DNA of 64,000 nt from Hormiphora californensis (GCA_020137815.1 CM035354.1:372001-436000), one strand, 5' to 3'. Shown: positions 1 to 43,382, counted from the stretch's first letter. A program made the numbers and translations. Notes: a model not told the origin generated them from the letters alone.

Positions 1-831
1 TTGGCGAGCATCGAGTGGCATAGACGTGGGGCGCGAAACCAGTTATCTTGGGTTGTGTGCGCGCGAAACAGCTGTGAAATTCAGCCATGGCCAGCGAAGA
101 TTGGCCAATCTATTTGCGCATCCAGCGAAGATTGGCCAATATTGTTGAGGATTCGCGCATTAATGTTTGTAGATTGGCCAATTTTCACCATAATTGCCCG
201 CGCGACCTTTACTAGGGTAGCTTAAGGAATACCCGCGGTCGCAATTGTAGTGGGAAAACGGTAATGGAAAACAGAGATACGGTATGAAGACACGCAACTG
301 TGGCCAAATGTGGCCACGCATTATGCAAAGTCTGTGTCTTATTACTGTAATTCCATTACGGTAATGCCACTATAACAAGCGGCAGCGATAGCGGCAATTG
401 TAGAAGATATAACTACGCGTTAAAAGGTTGCTTGTGGTGAGAATAGTTTGTTTAAATTATATGTTCTATATTCTAACCCTCCCTAATTTACATTTGTTTC
501 GGGGGGGGGGGGGGTGCACGTGAAACACAGTCTAGCTAGTACATTAGTACGGTGTTCAACAAAAAAAAAGCAAAAGCAAACTGTTTCTTTTAAATGCTGT
601 AAGAAGGGCGCAGGCTTGACCAACCGCAGCGCTAGATCATGCTGAACAAGTGAACTTGACTAGTTTAGTACCCAAGTAAATCTAAGTAAAAAGAATGGCC
701 CCGATTTACCTGAACCCCGATTTACCGTCTAAAAATATGTTCGAAATAGGGGTCGAAATGAGTGGTGCAATTAGTTAATTGATACTGTCATATCTCTGCG
801 GATGAGATACAGAAACCATTTGGGGAGAGAT

Positions 832-965
832 GTTGGTCGCGCGCGTTCAACTCTGTACCACATGAAGCAGGGTATTTCGCGAAACTTCGAACTTTACCGC
901 GAAACTTCAAACCGCGAAACTTCAGTGTGTTTCGCGAGGTTGAGAGTTGAACGTGCGCGACCAAC
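832..965. mobile_element. Small MITE-like inverted-repeat element
   Basis: gttggtcgcgcgcgttcaactct (832-854) is the reverse complement of 943-965 with one mismatch; the interior has repeated cgcgaaactt. No TSD identified. Confidence 0.45.
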
Positions 966-2083
966 CTCAGTGTGTCTCCCGTCTTTTGGTAGCGTTGGAA
1001 AGGTCTGAAGACCCATCCAACGCAACCAAAATCAAGTCGTTATCTTAGGAGGAACCGGAAACTTGAATTTCGATTTGTGAGACGCAGTGAGTATGTCTAG
1101 TAATCCCAGTGCTGACAATATCGGTAGACCCCCTTTTTCGATTGTTTTTTTCTGACGACAAAACATCTTGAAAAAAATGATAAATCGAAAAAATACGAAA
1201 GACGAAAAGTTTTGGGTATCTTGTCGACCTTTAAATTGCTTGTTGAGTAAGACAACAAAGATGACTAGAATCAGCAAGTAGACAGAGCTTGAATTTTACA
1301 TTCCAACTCTACAGCTGGACCTAAAGATTCGAATCCTGGAGCTCCTTTACAAATGTTCGAGTGTGTGTAAGCACTATTACATAACACATCGACCAGATGC
1401 AGTGCAGTGTGGAGTGGCTATAAATACTTGAGTAATGTAGATGCGTGCAGCATGCCTGTAAAGCACTAAAGTCAAATTTCAAACTGACTTTCATCGCATT
1501 TATTTACAACCTAAATGGGCTACAAATTATGTATTCTCACTGGTGTATGCAGCACACAGTGTATGGTATGTAGTTGGTTGTATGATATAACTATAAGGGG
1601 TTGTTATGATGATTGCTGGTGACCATGGCAACCAATCACTCAGATTGGTTTCATCTCTTTTGGTGCGATGAATGCTAGAGATCTGATAATGCATATATAT
1701 CGCACTCTCATATCATCACACCGCTGATATTGAGAGATCAAGAATTATAATGAAGGGATATTATCGAGAAAGGGATCGTAATTACGATTAATAGAGCTAG
1801 CTGAGAAGATCATTCACGAGAGTTAGTATTGATATTTTTACATGGTACAATCTCCTAGGGTGCGCTAAGTTTCGTGTGCGATTGTGCGAACACAGAGCCG
1901 GGTGCCAAAGTTGGACCATATAAATAAAAAAGCGATGAATGTCAATGGCAGTGTGTACGTAACACTACAAAGAGGTAGAGAGAGAATAAGTAAATTGAAG
2001 CTTTGACCTCTAGCTCTCCGTCGCAGAGCCTCGGTCCGATGCGGCTCTTAATAGTCTATAGAAAAGTGTGCACTATTGTGTGT

Positions 2084-2895
2084 TCAGATTAACAGGTAGC
2101 ACAGGTCAACTATTTTCCGATTCGAGTAGTCTTCATTCTTCATTCGTGAAACCCCGAGTGCCGAAGATTTATCGCATAGTTTTTTGGGAGTCCATTCCTG
2201 ATTCCCATCTAATAACTGAATCCAATTCAAATTTCTATTATTCCACACATTTTCTATTGAATTTACAGCGGCCCATGTGTGTGTTATAAGCTGTGTGTAA
2301 CTAGGGGTTGCTGCTAGTGTGCTAACTAAGTTGGAACCACTATAATAAGAGGGAGATGAACCCAGCTGGTGCAACATGTGTGTGTCAAGATCTGTCCACC
2401 ACGACTGACACCATTAAACAACGTGATTGTCCTAATTTTAATTCTGCACCTTTTGTCACACCGCTGCGAACTTGTCTATACTCTATTATTAGTGTTGGAT
2501 GCGACAAATCTTACAGGCTAATAGGCTTAAAAATTAGTGTTACTGTGTAATTGTAATCGGGTAAATGTGTTCAAATATTCTATATAGGTTGGTTACTTCG
2601 ACGCGCTTAATCTAGGTTTATAAGGTTCTCCGCAAATTAAGTTTTTAGAAAAAGTTATATTCAGAATAATATAACCACAAGGCAACTATACCTTCGAATT
2701 GAGACAAAGTGAGAGTAGCTGTGCAGACTGTACAATAAATCCATGTCACGCGATTGTTAATATACCATACACACTGATCTATTCTCCCGTAACAACTTCC
2801 CATCCCCCCTCTCTCAATACAACATTACAACAGCAGAACTTCTTTGAATGGGGTAATTTGTATTCCGCGTGTTTTGGCAATCATCCAATTCCTTG

Positions 2896-2972
<77 letters not shown>

Positions 2973-3975
2973 TCTTTCCCTCTCTCTCTGATCTTTCTCT
3001 CTCTCCCTCTATCTTTTATTATTCTCTCTCCCAACTACAAGTTATTCGCAACAATCAAGTAATAAGGGGTTACTCAACAAAACTTTAGCATATAAATGTC
3101 AACTGCGATAAAGATCAACCAATTTCTTTATCCAAACTATTGTCAAACTCAGAACACCAAGTTAAAAAACGCTTGTTGAGTAAGTTGTTGAGTTACTCAA
3201 CAAAAAAACGCAGTTCCAGAACATCAAGTCAAAAGGGTTGATAAGAGTTTGTACTTCTTACACAAGCGTGAGCTTACAGAAATGTGTGTGATCTGCTGCC
3301 TAGCGGTTGTGTGCAAAATATCTATGCAAACGCCAAACATCTATTCGGTAAATGGTGAGTGCATTGCGAATTAATAAAATAGTTTAGTAACACCTGGACT
3401 CGGCGTGCCTGGTGAAATTTTAACACGGCCTAGATGCTGAGGGTCTATAATAGCAGCAAGTGTAACATCGTAACGACAACATGAACAATATATTGTGATC
3501 ACAATTGTGATTGTGGTATTTAATACCTTCCTTTTTAACTTGTTGGCAGATTACGTCATACCGATTATGCGTCAATGGAAGATAAGATGACGCGTGTGTA
3601 GAGAATGTAACTGCATGTCAGTCGGTTGTCGAAGAAATAACCCGTAAAATGCATAGCTATAACGAAGACTCAGTCGTGTAGTATGACTATGCCACGTCAT
3701 TCGGATGCAATATATTTCTACCATAAATTATGTGCACCAGTCCTGTACCAAACCTACAAAGTCAAATTATTCCTAATTCAAATTATATTGTTCCTCTCTG
3801 CATCTTTTATAAAACTACCCACGGGGTGTGCCACTGCATCAAGCAGTTTGATAGCCCACCCGGCAACTGCAATGTCCCTATATTGTTTAGCTTTCGTTGA
3901 CATAGCAATCTCACCAAGCTTGTACCATATATCACAATCCAGCCGCGTTATTGAGTACTGCATGCCTTGCATAGC
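2084..3975 (-). CDS. Possible spliced gene of unknown function (candidate exons 3975-3819 and 2391-2084)
   Basis: Strong polypyrimidine tract + AG (minus strand, plus-strand 3976-4012) precedes an open frame AMQGMQYSITRLDCDIWYKLGEIAM...HPVG ending at a phase-1 GT. A phase-compatible AG opens DLDTHMLHQLG...CYLLI* at 2391. No family recognised. Confidence 0.25.
2896..2966. repeat. (CT)n microsatellite; one of many (also ~12315-12414, 24876-24955, 32325-32453, 48869-49012, 63254-63405)
   Basis: Directly visible; explains the poly-SL / poly-ER pseudo-ORFs in the ORF track. Confidence 0.97.
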
Positions 3976-4066
3976 CTGAATGAAGAATCAATCAATCAAG
4001 AAAGAAAGAAAGTCTCAATCAATCAAAAAAGTCTCTTATTAACTCTCTGGTTTAGTTACAGCTAGG

Positions 4067-6100
4067 ATGGATTTAGAGACGGCTATTGGGAAAGACACCG
4101 TTGTGAAGATGGAAGATATTGCTGAGAGGGTGGTAAGAGTGGTTCGGCCATACTCTCGACCTATAGCTAAGGTAAGTCCTGCCATACTCTCAACCTATAG
4201 CTAAGGTAAGTCTGGCCCGGTTTACCGCGGTGGCCCCAGTTCACAATTGGTGACGCAGTCACCCTTACAACTTCCGTGCGTGGTAGTCAGTAGTACGGCA
4301 AAACGAAGCCCGCGAAAGTTCAAAATGCTTTGCCGGCCCATTATATACTGTTAAAATCCATATATTCCGAGCAGCCCGGTAAATCAGGGCCTCCGACATG
4401 TAAATAACACGAAGTACAGTTTTACCAATATAATTACACGAGCTCAACTGAATCTCCACACACCAATGATTTAACACACACTATAATACAGGTGAGTAGT
4501 TTGTTTTTCCACATCCTCATGGCTGCCCTTCTCATATTCGAATTTGAGAATGCCTCTTACTTCCTGGGGAGACAACTCGGATTGGTGTCGTACAAGCCGA
4601 AACTAATGAAAAACGAAGAAGGTAATTTCTTTGGCTGTGAGGGGATCGCCCTGTGGGCGCGTGAACAGGGGGCGAGACGTGCCCAAGTAATTTCTCGGTA
4701 ATATCTGATCCCAGTAATACTTTTATTATTAAGTAATTCAACAAAAATTCTCTATTACAGGTAGAGTTCTCGGGGCGGAAGGTTATTCAGCCACGTTTTC
4801 ATCTCGTTTGGTGGTCCTGGCCATCATTCTCACCCGGGTAATCCCCCTGGGTCTGATATTCCAGAAGAAACATATTGTGTGGTCATGCGTTGCTCTCAGC
4901 AGCTTTCCAATGCTAATTGTAAGTGTTGCATCATAGTAGAGTACTATTAGTAGTCTACTAATCTACTATTAGTAGAGTACGATATGAATAATATTTTAAA
5001 CTTTGAAACACATTTGCATTATTAGGAAAAAATGAAATCGCCCGAGTCACCCAATGAACTATTGAAATGTCTCGCGATATATCACCTGTATAAACCCTCT
5101 CTCTCTAGGCAGTATTGTACGTGGTTGAACGTCCCACGCTCATGGCCTTCTTCACCGTATTCACATGTCTTAGCCTCGTCGGATCCACTACTATGTTGGT
5201 GGCTGAGACCTTTGAGGAGACCAATGTTTACCTGGCGGGGTTACCCTCCCTGGGAATGAACAGGACGATGAGTCTTGCTCAGCTGCTGGCACGGGTCAAC
5301 CTCGTTCTAACTCTGTTCGGGGTAATTATATTATGGGGTCAACCTGGTTCTAACTCTCTTTGGGGTAATTATATGTAGTAGCTTAGTACCAATTCTCGTG
5401 GAATGTGTTGGTATAGGGGATCAATGGATCATCCTGGTATAATGGATTGGGACATTGGTAGATGGGACTGGGAAGTGGGAAGGGTGAAGCTGCATCTAGC
5501 GCGAGCAAAAAAATTTTTAGGAATTTTAATTCACACATTTACCTGGCAGTATTTTCCCGATATCTCTCCCCCAGGTCCACATGATCTATCTCCACATGAT
5601 AGCGGAGAATAAGGTCATATTCTGGTTACAACTCCTTCTGGTAGTACCCCTGGTTCTTTGTGTGGTTGTAGGATATAAAACCAGGCTGGCTGCCGTTATT
5701 GTGGCTGCCTGGCTACTCCTTGTTTCCCTGGTCTCCTATCCCTTCTACCTTCACCTGGCACACGGACGAACTTGGGGGTGAGTTGCAGTTTGGGGTGAGT
5801 TGGGGTGGGTGAGTTTTTATATTCTCCCCGCCCTTTTTTGAACAGCTATCAATTCCATAGTATTTTGTTGAGTAAGTTACGGTACTATAACGGTATCGTG
5901 GTTAAGTTTACTAATCCAAATATGGTCAGCTCCACAACAAAACTCTCCCACCCAATTTGTCAACCCTTGCTCGACCGTTTTTCGTTACACCATCTCCCTA
6001 AACCGATCTCTCCCCCTCTCTGGTAGGTTTTGGATGGAAGCTGCCCTGTTTAGTGTGAATATGCAAGCTGTTGGTTCTCTAACCATGATCGCTATCTTAG
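4067..6100 (+). CDS. SURF4: SURF4/Erv29-like ER cargo receptor (exons 4067-4171, 4492-4621, 4761-4918, 5109-5321, 5575-5777, 6027-6100; terminal exon not located)
   Basis: All introns GT-AG with compatible phases (0,1,0,0,2). Spliced protein MDLETAIGKDTVVKMEDIAERVVRVVRPYSRPIAK...MLVAETFEETNVYLAGLPSLG...LAQLLARVNLVL...CVVVGYKTRLAAVIVAAWL...FSVNMQAVGSLTMIAILG matches SURF4 motifs as recalled (AEDFADQFLRVTKQYLP; LLLAES..MFAGVPTM; VAIGFKTKLAA; FFQTMSVIGGLLLVVALG). Divergent, possibly a paralog. Confidence 0.8.
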
Positions 6101-6275
6101 GTGAGTACATTGACTTGCATCAGACCTTTTATCACGCTGGTGTCTGGATCAGTTATTATCAGACAGGAGCCATGTACTCGCCATTTTGATTTGGGGCATG
6201 CTATTTATTGGGCTCTCTATTAACGATTTGAGATGACTTTAAAAGCTGGGGTTATATTGTGGTTATGATTAACTG

Positions 6276-6354
6276 ACCGAATCATGAAATACTGGTCCCT
6301 GATTGGCTGATAACCAGTCACGTGACCTAAATAACGAGTTCTGATTGGTTCCTG
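6276..6354 (+). mobile_element. Truncated copy of the ~111-bp hAT-type MITE (see 47224-47334)
   Basis: gaccgaatc..gaaatactggtccctgattggctgataaccagtcacgtgacctaaataacgagttctgattggtt shared with 33751-33833 and 47224-47334. Confidence 0.8.
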
Positions 6355-6649
6355 GTTATGATTAACTGACCGATGGTTGCTGATTAGCTCCGTGATAAAT
6401 CGTGGAGCGTGGTCAAATGAACAAAAATATAGAAAGTGAGACTAGAGAGAGAACGGGAGAAATAAGAGAGAAAATAAGAGAGACAGAGAGAAAATAAGCT
6501 AGATTTGAGTTAAAGTCTCAGTAAGATGGGTATAGTTAGGTGTGAAAAGGCTGCAGGTATGAGCTGCTTTGGTTAATCAAATCCTCTAAAAGCCCAATAG
6601 ACCAGGTTTATTGCCTTTACCCTGCACACACACAGAAACATATATAATA

Positions 6650-7444
6650 GTGCAGTCCCGGTGTCCCGATTTTTTTTCACGCCTGGAATTTTCATTTTGG
6701 GAGCTCGTTTTGCTGCAGGAATTTTACTATTTGCTGCAGTCATTGAGTCATGGATAGGGATTTTACCGTCCTAAAATACCCCGGCAGTCCCAGTACCCCT
6801 AACATTGGAATATTTCCCTACTGCAGTCCCTATAAGGTTGGAATATTCCTTGGAATATTCCATTCTTGCAGTGCCTGCTGCAGTGCCTGCTGCAGCAGTG
6901 GAAATTCCTTGGAATATTCCACTAAGGGACTGCAACAGTGACTATAACGATCTCACCCCTTTGTAAAGCTATTGGGAGAAAAGAGAGCTATGTTAAAGTA
7001 TGAATCTCTCTTTTCTTCCCCTTCCCTGCTGCAGTGCTGCAGCGACTGCAGAGATGGAAAATTCCGAGAAAATTCCACTCGGGTACTGCAACAGTGACTA
7101 TAACGATCTCACCCCTTTGTAAAGCTATGGGGGAAAAAGAGAGCTATGTTAAAGTATGAATCTCTCTTTTCTTTCCCCTTCCCCCTTACTCGACTGTTGT
7201 CGGTGCATTACGCACAACTGGGGCATGCCCCAACATATTCTATCTCTCTGTTACACACTGTTAACACTGCAGCACTGCTGTATCTCTGTGTGTAAGTATG
7301 GGAAATATCTTCTGCTGCAGCAGCAGCTGCTGCTGCAGTCCCCCAATATTTTTTCATTTTGCTGCAAGGATTTTGTTTTGCTGCAGAATTTTTGCATTTA
7401 TCTTTCCTTCATATTCCAGAGATCGGGACACTGGGAGTGCAGTG
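6650..7444. mobile_element. Putative non-autonomous TIR element with internal ~155-bp direct repeat
   Basis: agtgcagtcccggtgtcccgat (~6650-6671) vs atcgggacactgggagtgcagtg (~7422-7444) form an imperfect IR; CTGCAG-rich interior; 6930-7026 is repeated at 7085-7184. Confidence 0.35.
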
Positions 7445-7997
7445 GGGAAGTTAGTTAACCCCTTACACAACTCCCTTTCTCGGTTATTCAGTGGGAGTTA
7501 TGAGGTATTATACACTCTACTGCAATATATATATTGTGTATTTTTCCCTCTTCTAACAATTATCAGCCTGTCAACTGACAGGGTAACACGTTGAAATGTG
7601 GATCCGTACAATAGAGAGAGGATTGTATTTTTCCAATTTTTATCTCCAAGTGGCTCCATGTTTCTGGCCCACCCTGTATAATAGTTCAGTGGGGAAGTTA
7701 GTTAACCCCTTACACAGCTCCCTAGTTCTCGGTTATTGAGCGGGAGTTATGAGGTATTATACACTCTACTGCAATATATATATATTGTGTATTTTTCCGC
7801 GCTCCAGCTTCCCCTCAGATTCAGACGATCTATTTGAGATCAGATTCCACATGGAATGTCCCTTGAAAATCCTAGCTGTTTTGTCTTGTTTTATTATGCA
7901 GTAACTATGACTTGATTGGTGGGGAGACTTTTTTGCTTAGGATCTCAATACAACCAGTCTGCTTTCTCTCTCTCTTTCTCTCTCTCTATTTTCCTCA

Positions 7998-8039
<42 letters not shown>

Positions 8040-8203
8040 ATTATTTGCTTGTCCCCTCTCTATTGTATGTGTGCTGCAGGCGCGTGTACCTAGTCTGAAA
8101 ACAAAGCTTTTAGTAATTGAACCGCCACCACACCATGTCTTATTCCCAGCAGGATTCCCATTGTATGTAAGATGGTGTAGCAGCACTGACAACACTCTCA
8201 GTA

Positions 8204-10765
8204 ATGTTGTCATGTTTCTCTCTGCTCCTGCTCCTTCTTCATCTTACTGCCGGTCAGTATGGGGACCTTCCAACTCATATCCAGCCCCTCTCCTACGACC
8301 TGTACCTTGACACCAACTTTGACACGTGGAAATACGAGGGTATCGTGAAGATCGTAGTGGATGTATCAAAGGCGGGGGATAAAGTTCTCAAACTACACGC
8401 CAAGGAGGGGGTTGAGATCAAGAAGATGGAGTTGAGGGATGCCAAGGGGAACAGAATTCAAAATCTCAAAGTGGGAGAAAGACAGAGTCTGAGTAAGGAT
8501 TTGTTGGTGTTAAAGTTAGATAAAGCCCTGGTGAAGGGGAGGTATGAAGTGTTCAGTGAGTTTAGTGGGACAGTATCAGCAGCTCTCACGGGATACTACA
8601 GAACAGGATATAAGTACAAAGGAGAGTTCATCAAGATGGCATCAACGCATCTCTCTCCAGATAAATCTCGGACTGTTTTCCCGTCTTTTGATGAGCCCCG
8701 ATTTAGGTCAACATTCGTGCTAACCCTAGTACATCCCAGCAGTCTTACAGCTATTTCCAACATGCCAGTGGATAAGAAGGTAAAACTAAAGGATGGCCGG
8801 ACCCGGACATCTTTTAAAAAGACACCTGGCATGTCAACTTATCTTCTAGCTTGGGTGCAGCACAATTTTATCTTCGGAGAGAAAGATATCGAGGGAGTGA
8901 GGCTGCGGCATTATGTCCGTCCCACTCACCCGGAAGCCATCGCTGAACGTCTGGAGCTCGTCGGTAAGGCCCTAAAGTACTTCAATAACTTCTTCGATAT
9001 ACCCTATCCTCTGCCCAAACTGGACACCATCGGGATCCCAAACTACCCGGTGGGGGGAATGGAGAACTGGGGCCTCATCACCCTAAACGAAGTGAGAGGA
9101 ATTGAAGCTCCTGAGGATAGATTCGGAACGGACGAGGTGTCATATCGGAACCTCCTCACTCACGAGGTGAGTCACATGTGGTTTGGTAACCTAGTAACCA
9201 TGAAGTGGTGGAATGACTTGTGGTTGAAGGAAGGAATGGCATCTTACCTGAGTTACCCGTGTGCCGGGGCCATCTTCAAGGACCTAAACATGGATGATTT
9301 CCTGATGAAAGAGAACTGGCAGGAGGGAATGATGGCGGATGATATGATAACATCCCACCCAGTCAGAATGAACATTAAATCCACCAGGCAGATCACCCAG
9401 ATATTTGATAAGATCACGTACAGCAAGGGGGCTGCAGTGTTGTATATGTTGAGAGATGTGATGGGGGAAGAGAATTTCAAAAAGGGTATGACTCACTTCC
9501 TGAACACCTATAAGTTTAGTATCGCCGAGTACAGTGGCTTGTTGACTAGTTTTGTTAAGTTCACCGATGAGCCAAAGACTGTTTCTCGATTCATGGACAC
9601 ATTCATTCTCCAGAAAAACTTCCCCTTGGTTACGGTCGAGGTGCTGTCAGATACCAAGATTAAGCTCACCCAAAGCCGGTATGTGAGGAAGAGCGGGGTA
9701 AAGGTGAAGGACGATAAGTCCCCTTTTAACTACTCCTGGTACGTGCCGATCAACATTGTGGCAGATACCTTCACAGTCACACAGCATATCTGGTTGAAGG
9801 GTAATGAACTAGTGCTGACGCTCCCTAAGAAGTTCTCCTGGCTGAAGCTGAACATAGAGGGCCGGCACATGTTTGTAACCCACTACCCTGCCAAACTACG
9901 GGCTGCCCTTCTGAAGCAGCTTGCCAAGAGCACCATCACCAAAAAAGAACTCAACCCACGGGAGAGATCCCACGTGTACGCTGAGATGTATCAAGCAGCC
10001 CAAATGAATCTCATCTCCTACGCCACTGTCCTGGAGACGACGACCCTCCTGCGGAGAGAGAGCCATTTCCTACCGTGGAGGATAACATATTACTTCCTGA
10101 AACGGCTCCGAATCTTCCTGCCCGGGGAGTATCACACATGCCTGCGAAGGTACGTTATCTCTCTCCTTAGGCCACAGTGGAGGAAGGTTCGGCGGATGGC
10201 CCACGAGTCCCGGGAACACCAGATCATGTTCGAGAATTTCTTCCTATACAGTAGAAGGTTCAGAAGAACTGCTGAGAACGTTCGAGCTAAGAATGATGAG
10301 CTGATGGCAGCTATTAACCGTTATAAGAACGCCTCTAAAGTGGACCGTGCCGACATTGATGTGTTCCTTGCGACCAATGACTCGGAGCAGGTTGAAATGA
10401 TTGGAAACACCGTGTTGGAGTACCCCTCCACGCAGCCATCCAGGATGCTGGAATTCATCAATACTTACAGTGAGAGGGCCCCCGGTGCAGTTTGGAAGGT
10501 CTATAAGACCCATTACACCACATATGACCGGTACTTTGGCCTGTCCCAGTTCATCTATGCTGGTGCGTTGAAAACAATGGCGAAACATCAAAAGGACCCG
10601 GAGACTATCAGTGAAATTGTGGCTTTCTTTGAGAAGCACACTGCGAGAAGTGGCGAGCTTGGACTAAGAAATGGGCTTGAGATTGCGCTGTTTAGAATTC
10701 AGTTTAGAAAGACAGCGGTGCCTGACATTGTAAAGTATCTGAAGAGTAAGGGCCATTGCAAATAA
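8204..10765 (+). CDS. Intronless secreted M1-family zinc aminopeptidase (APN/ERAP-like), 853 aa
   Basis: Hydrophobic signal peptide, FPSFDEP, GGMENWG exopeptidase motif, HEVSH(x18)E zinc motif (HEVSHMWFGNLVTMKWWNDLWLKEG), YSKGA catalytic Tyr, ERAP1-like C-terminal region. Confidence 0.95.
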   Translation: MLSCFSLLLLLLHLTAGQYGDLPTHIQPLSYDLYLDTNFDTWKYEGIVKIVVDVSKAGDKVLKLHAKEGVEIKKMELRDAKGNRIQNLKVGERQSLSKDLLVLKLDKALVKGRYEVFSEFSGTVSAALTGYYRTGYKYKGEFIKMASTHLSPDKSRTVFPSFDEPRFRSTFVLTLVHPSSLTAISNMPVDKKVKLKDGRTRTSFKKTPGMSTYLLAWVQHNFIFGEKDIEGVRLRHYVRPTHPEAIAERLELVGKALKYFNNFFDIPYPLPKLDTIGIPNYPVGGMENWGLITLNEVRGIEAPEDRFGTDEVSYRNLLTHEVSHMWFGNLVTMKWWNDLWLKEGMASYLSYPCAGAIFKDLNMDDFLMKENWQEGMMADDMITSHPVRMNIKSTRQITQIFDKITYSKGAAVLYMLRDVMGEENFKKGMTHFLNTYKFSIAEYSGLLTSFVKFTDEPKTVSRFMDTFILQKNFPLVTVEVLSDTKIKLTQSRYVRKSGVKVKDDKSPFNYSWYVPINIVADTFTVTQHIWLKGNELVLTLPKKFSWLKLNIEGRHMFVTHYPAKLRAALLKQLAKSTITKKELNPRERSHVYAEMYQAAQMNLISYATVLETTTLLRRESHFLPWRITYYFLKRLRIFLPGEYHTCLRRYVISLLRPQWRKVRRMAHESREHQIMFENFFLYSRRFRRTAENVRAKNDELMAAINRYKNASKVDRADIDVFLATNDSEQVEMIGNTVLEYPSTQPSRMLEFINTYSERAPGAVWKVYKTHYTTYDRYFGLSQFIYAGALKTMAKHQKDPETISEIVAFFEKHTARSGELGLRNGLEIALFRIQFRKTAVPDIVKYLKSKGHCK

Positions 10766-11195
10766 TGTGTGTACGTGTTCATGTATGTGTTCATGTATGT
10801 GTTTATGAATATGTATAATGTGTTTGAAACACTGTTTCGCTGATCTACAATTCGATCCAAGTTCGGTGTTTGTTGTACCTGCTGTGCATGAACTGAAAAA
10901 AGATACATGCTGCTCACTCTCAACCATTTCACTATTGATTTGAAAGAGCTGGATATGATGAACCTTAAATCACATTTGGAGCTGGACATATGCTGGAGCG
11001 CTCTGCAGTTGTTAACATTTGGCTGGAAGTGTTCTTTAGCGATATGATATTCCGTTATAATACACAGGTGCCGGAGTGTACAGTGTCGACCATGCAAAGG
11101 ATCTGTAATGTGGAAACTGGGAGATCAGCTTTTGGTGAAATTTAACACAAATTGTTTTAATAATTTTAACAAGAATGAATCGTCATTATTTGAAA

Positions 11196-11225
11196 CTAGT
11201 AGGCCCGTTCGCCCTACGGGCGAAT
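11196..11225 (-). mobile_element. Helitron-like 3' terminus
   Basis: Minus strand reads gcccgt-agggcga-acgggc-cta-CTAG|T, i.e. a GC hairpin just upstream of CTAG followed by T. The 5' TC end was not located. Confidence 0.4.
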
Positions 11226-11858
11226 TTCGGGGAAATGGTAGCTGGATTAGGGAACGCTGACATCACATGCACCATCCGTTCCTAGCCTCTCTCACTTTCT
11301 CCCTACCCATGTTGTTGTACGCTCTGGGCTTCCTGACAATGTCAAGGTGCGAATTTAAGAGATCAATGTCATGGAGGTGCAGTGCTGTTCCAGAAACTCA
11401 TCACGTGAAAACTTCGCCGCTATGTAGCCGATTCGGAGATTTCTATATTCGACTGGAGTAATCACCCTTGGGCGACGTTGGGTAAAGCTATCCGTAGTCG
11501 TTGTCCGTTGATTGGCTCGCTTGAACACGTTGGCGTAATCTGTCATATTCTCTAGCCTGCTCCCTGACAGCAGCAGATCTTCTGGACCTATATAACCGTT
11601 GCCGAATAGCGCTTGGGGTGGAAGAGCTAGACATCAGGACAGAAGTAAAAGAATGCACGTGCAGAATTGAATTGGCCCTTGGTACCCAAAACTGCAACTG
11701 GGAGTGAGGTTTCTAAGTTGCTCTAATAATTGCACGTGCAGGTGTAGTTGCTAGGTGATGTAGCACTGACAATTTGAATAGTAAGTATAAGTATGATGTT
11801 TACACTTAAATCTCCGACAGCTCATTTAGTCCTATGACACAGGCTCAGTCATATTCAG

Positions 11859-12115
11859 GATCAGTCATATTCAGGCTCAGTCATATTCAGGATCAGTCAT
11901 ATTCAGGATCAGTCATATTCAGGATCAGTCATATTCAGGCTCAGCCATATTCAGGATCAGTCATATTCAGGCTCAGTCATATTCAGGATCAGTCATATTC
12001 AGGATCAGTCATATTCAGGATCAGTCATATTCAGGATCAGTCATATTCAGGATCAGTCATATTCAGGATCAGTCATATTCAGGATCAGTCATATTCAGGA
12101 TCAGTCATATTCAGA
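11859..12115 (+). repeat. 16-bp minisatellite (caggatcagtcatatt) x ~16
   Basis: Directly visible; source of the QDQSYSGSVIFRISHI pseudo-ORF. Confidence 0.95.
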
Positions 12116-12332
12116 TCACGTGCTGTAAAAACCACCTCATACCCACCAGTGAATGAATGCTTTTATCGTATCGATGGCTGGGAGAAAGCCCTTTACAGTC
12201 ACTATTATGCTTTACGGGCTGTAAAAATAGGCTACAACCCATTCGACAAAGTGACCCAATAATTGACACCTTGATAGGATACTAGGATAGATAGATAGGT
12301 ATGTTTCTCTGTTTTCTCTCTCTCTCTCTCTC

Positions 12333-12419
<87 letters not shown>

Positions 12420-12481
12420 GCAGCACCTACGTAAACAATAAAGCTGCTGTATGCATCAGTTTCCTCTGCGCCTTTGTCAAG

Positions 12482-43382
<30,901 letters not shown>

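Noticed and set aside
2699-3088. ORFs with poly-SL / poly-ER tracts (also 12232, 32259, 48779-49064, 63178 etc.)
   Set aside because: Translations of (CT)n/(GA)n microsatellites, not genes.
11571-11707. Exon-like frame AADLLDLYNRCRIALG...NWE*, phase-compatible with the SURF4 exon-6 donor (would nest the aminopeptidase in SURF4)
   Set aside because: No resemblance to the SURF4 C-terminus (GPGGVSMDEKKKEW); a nearer acceptor at ~6166 is equally possible; unresolved.
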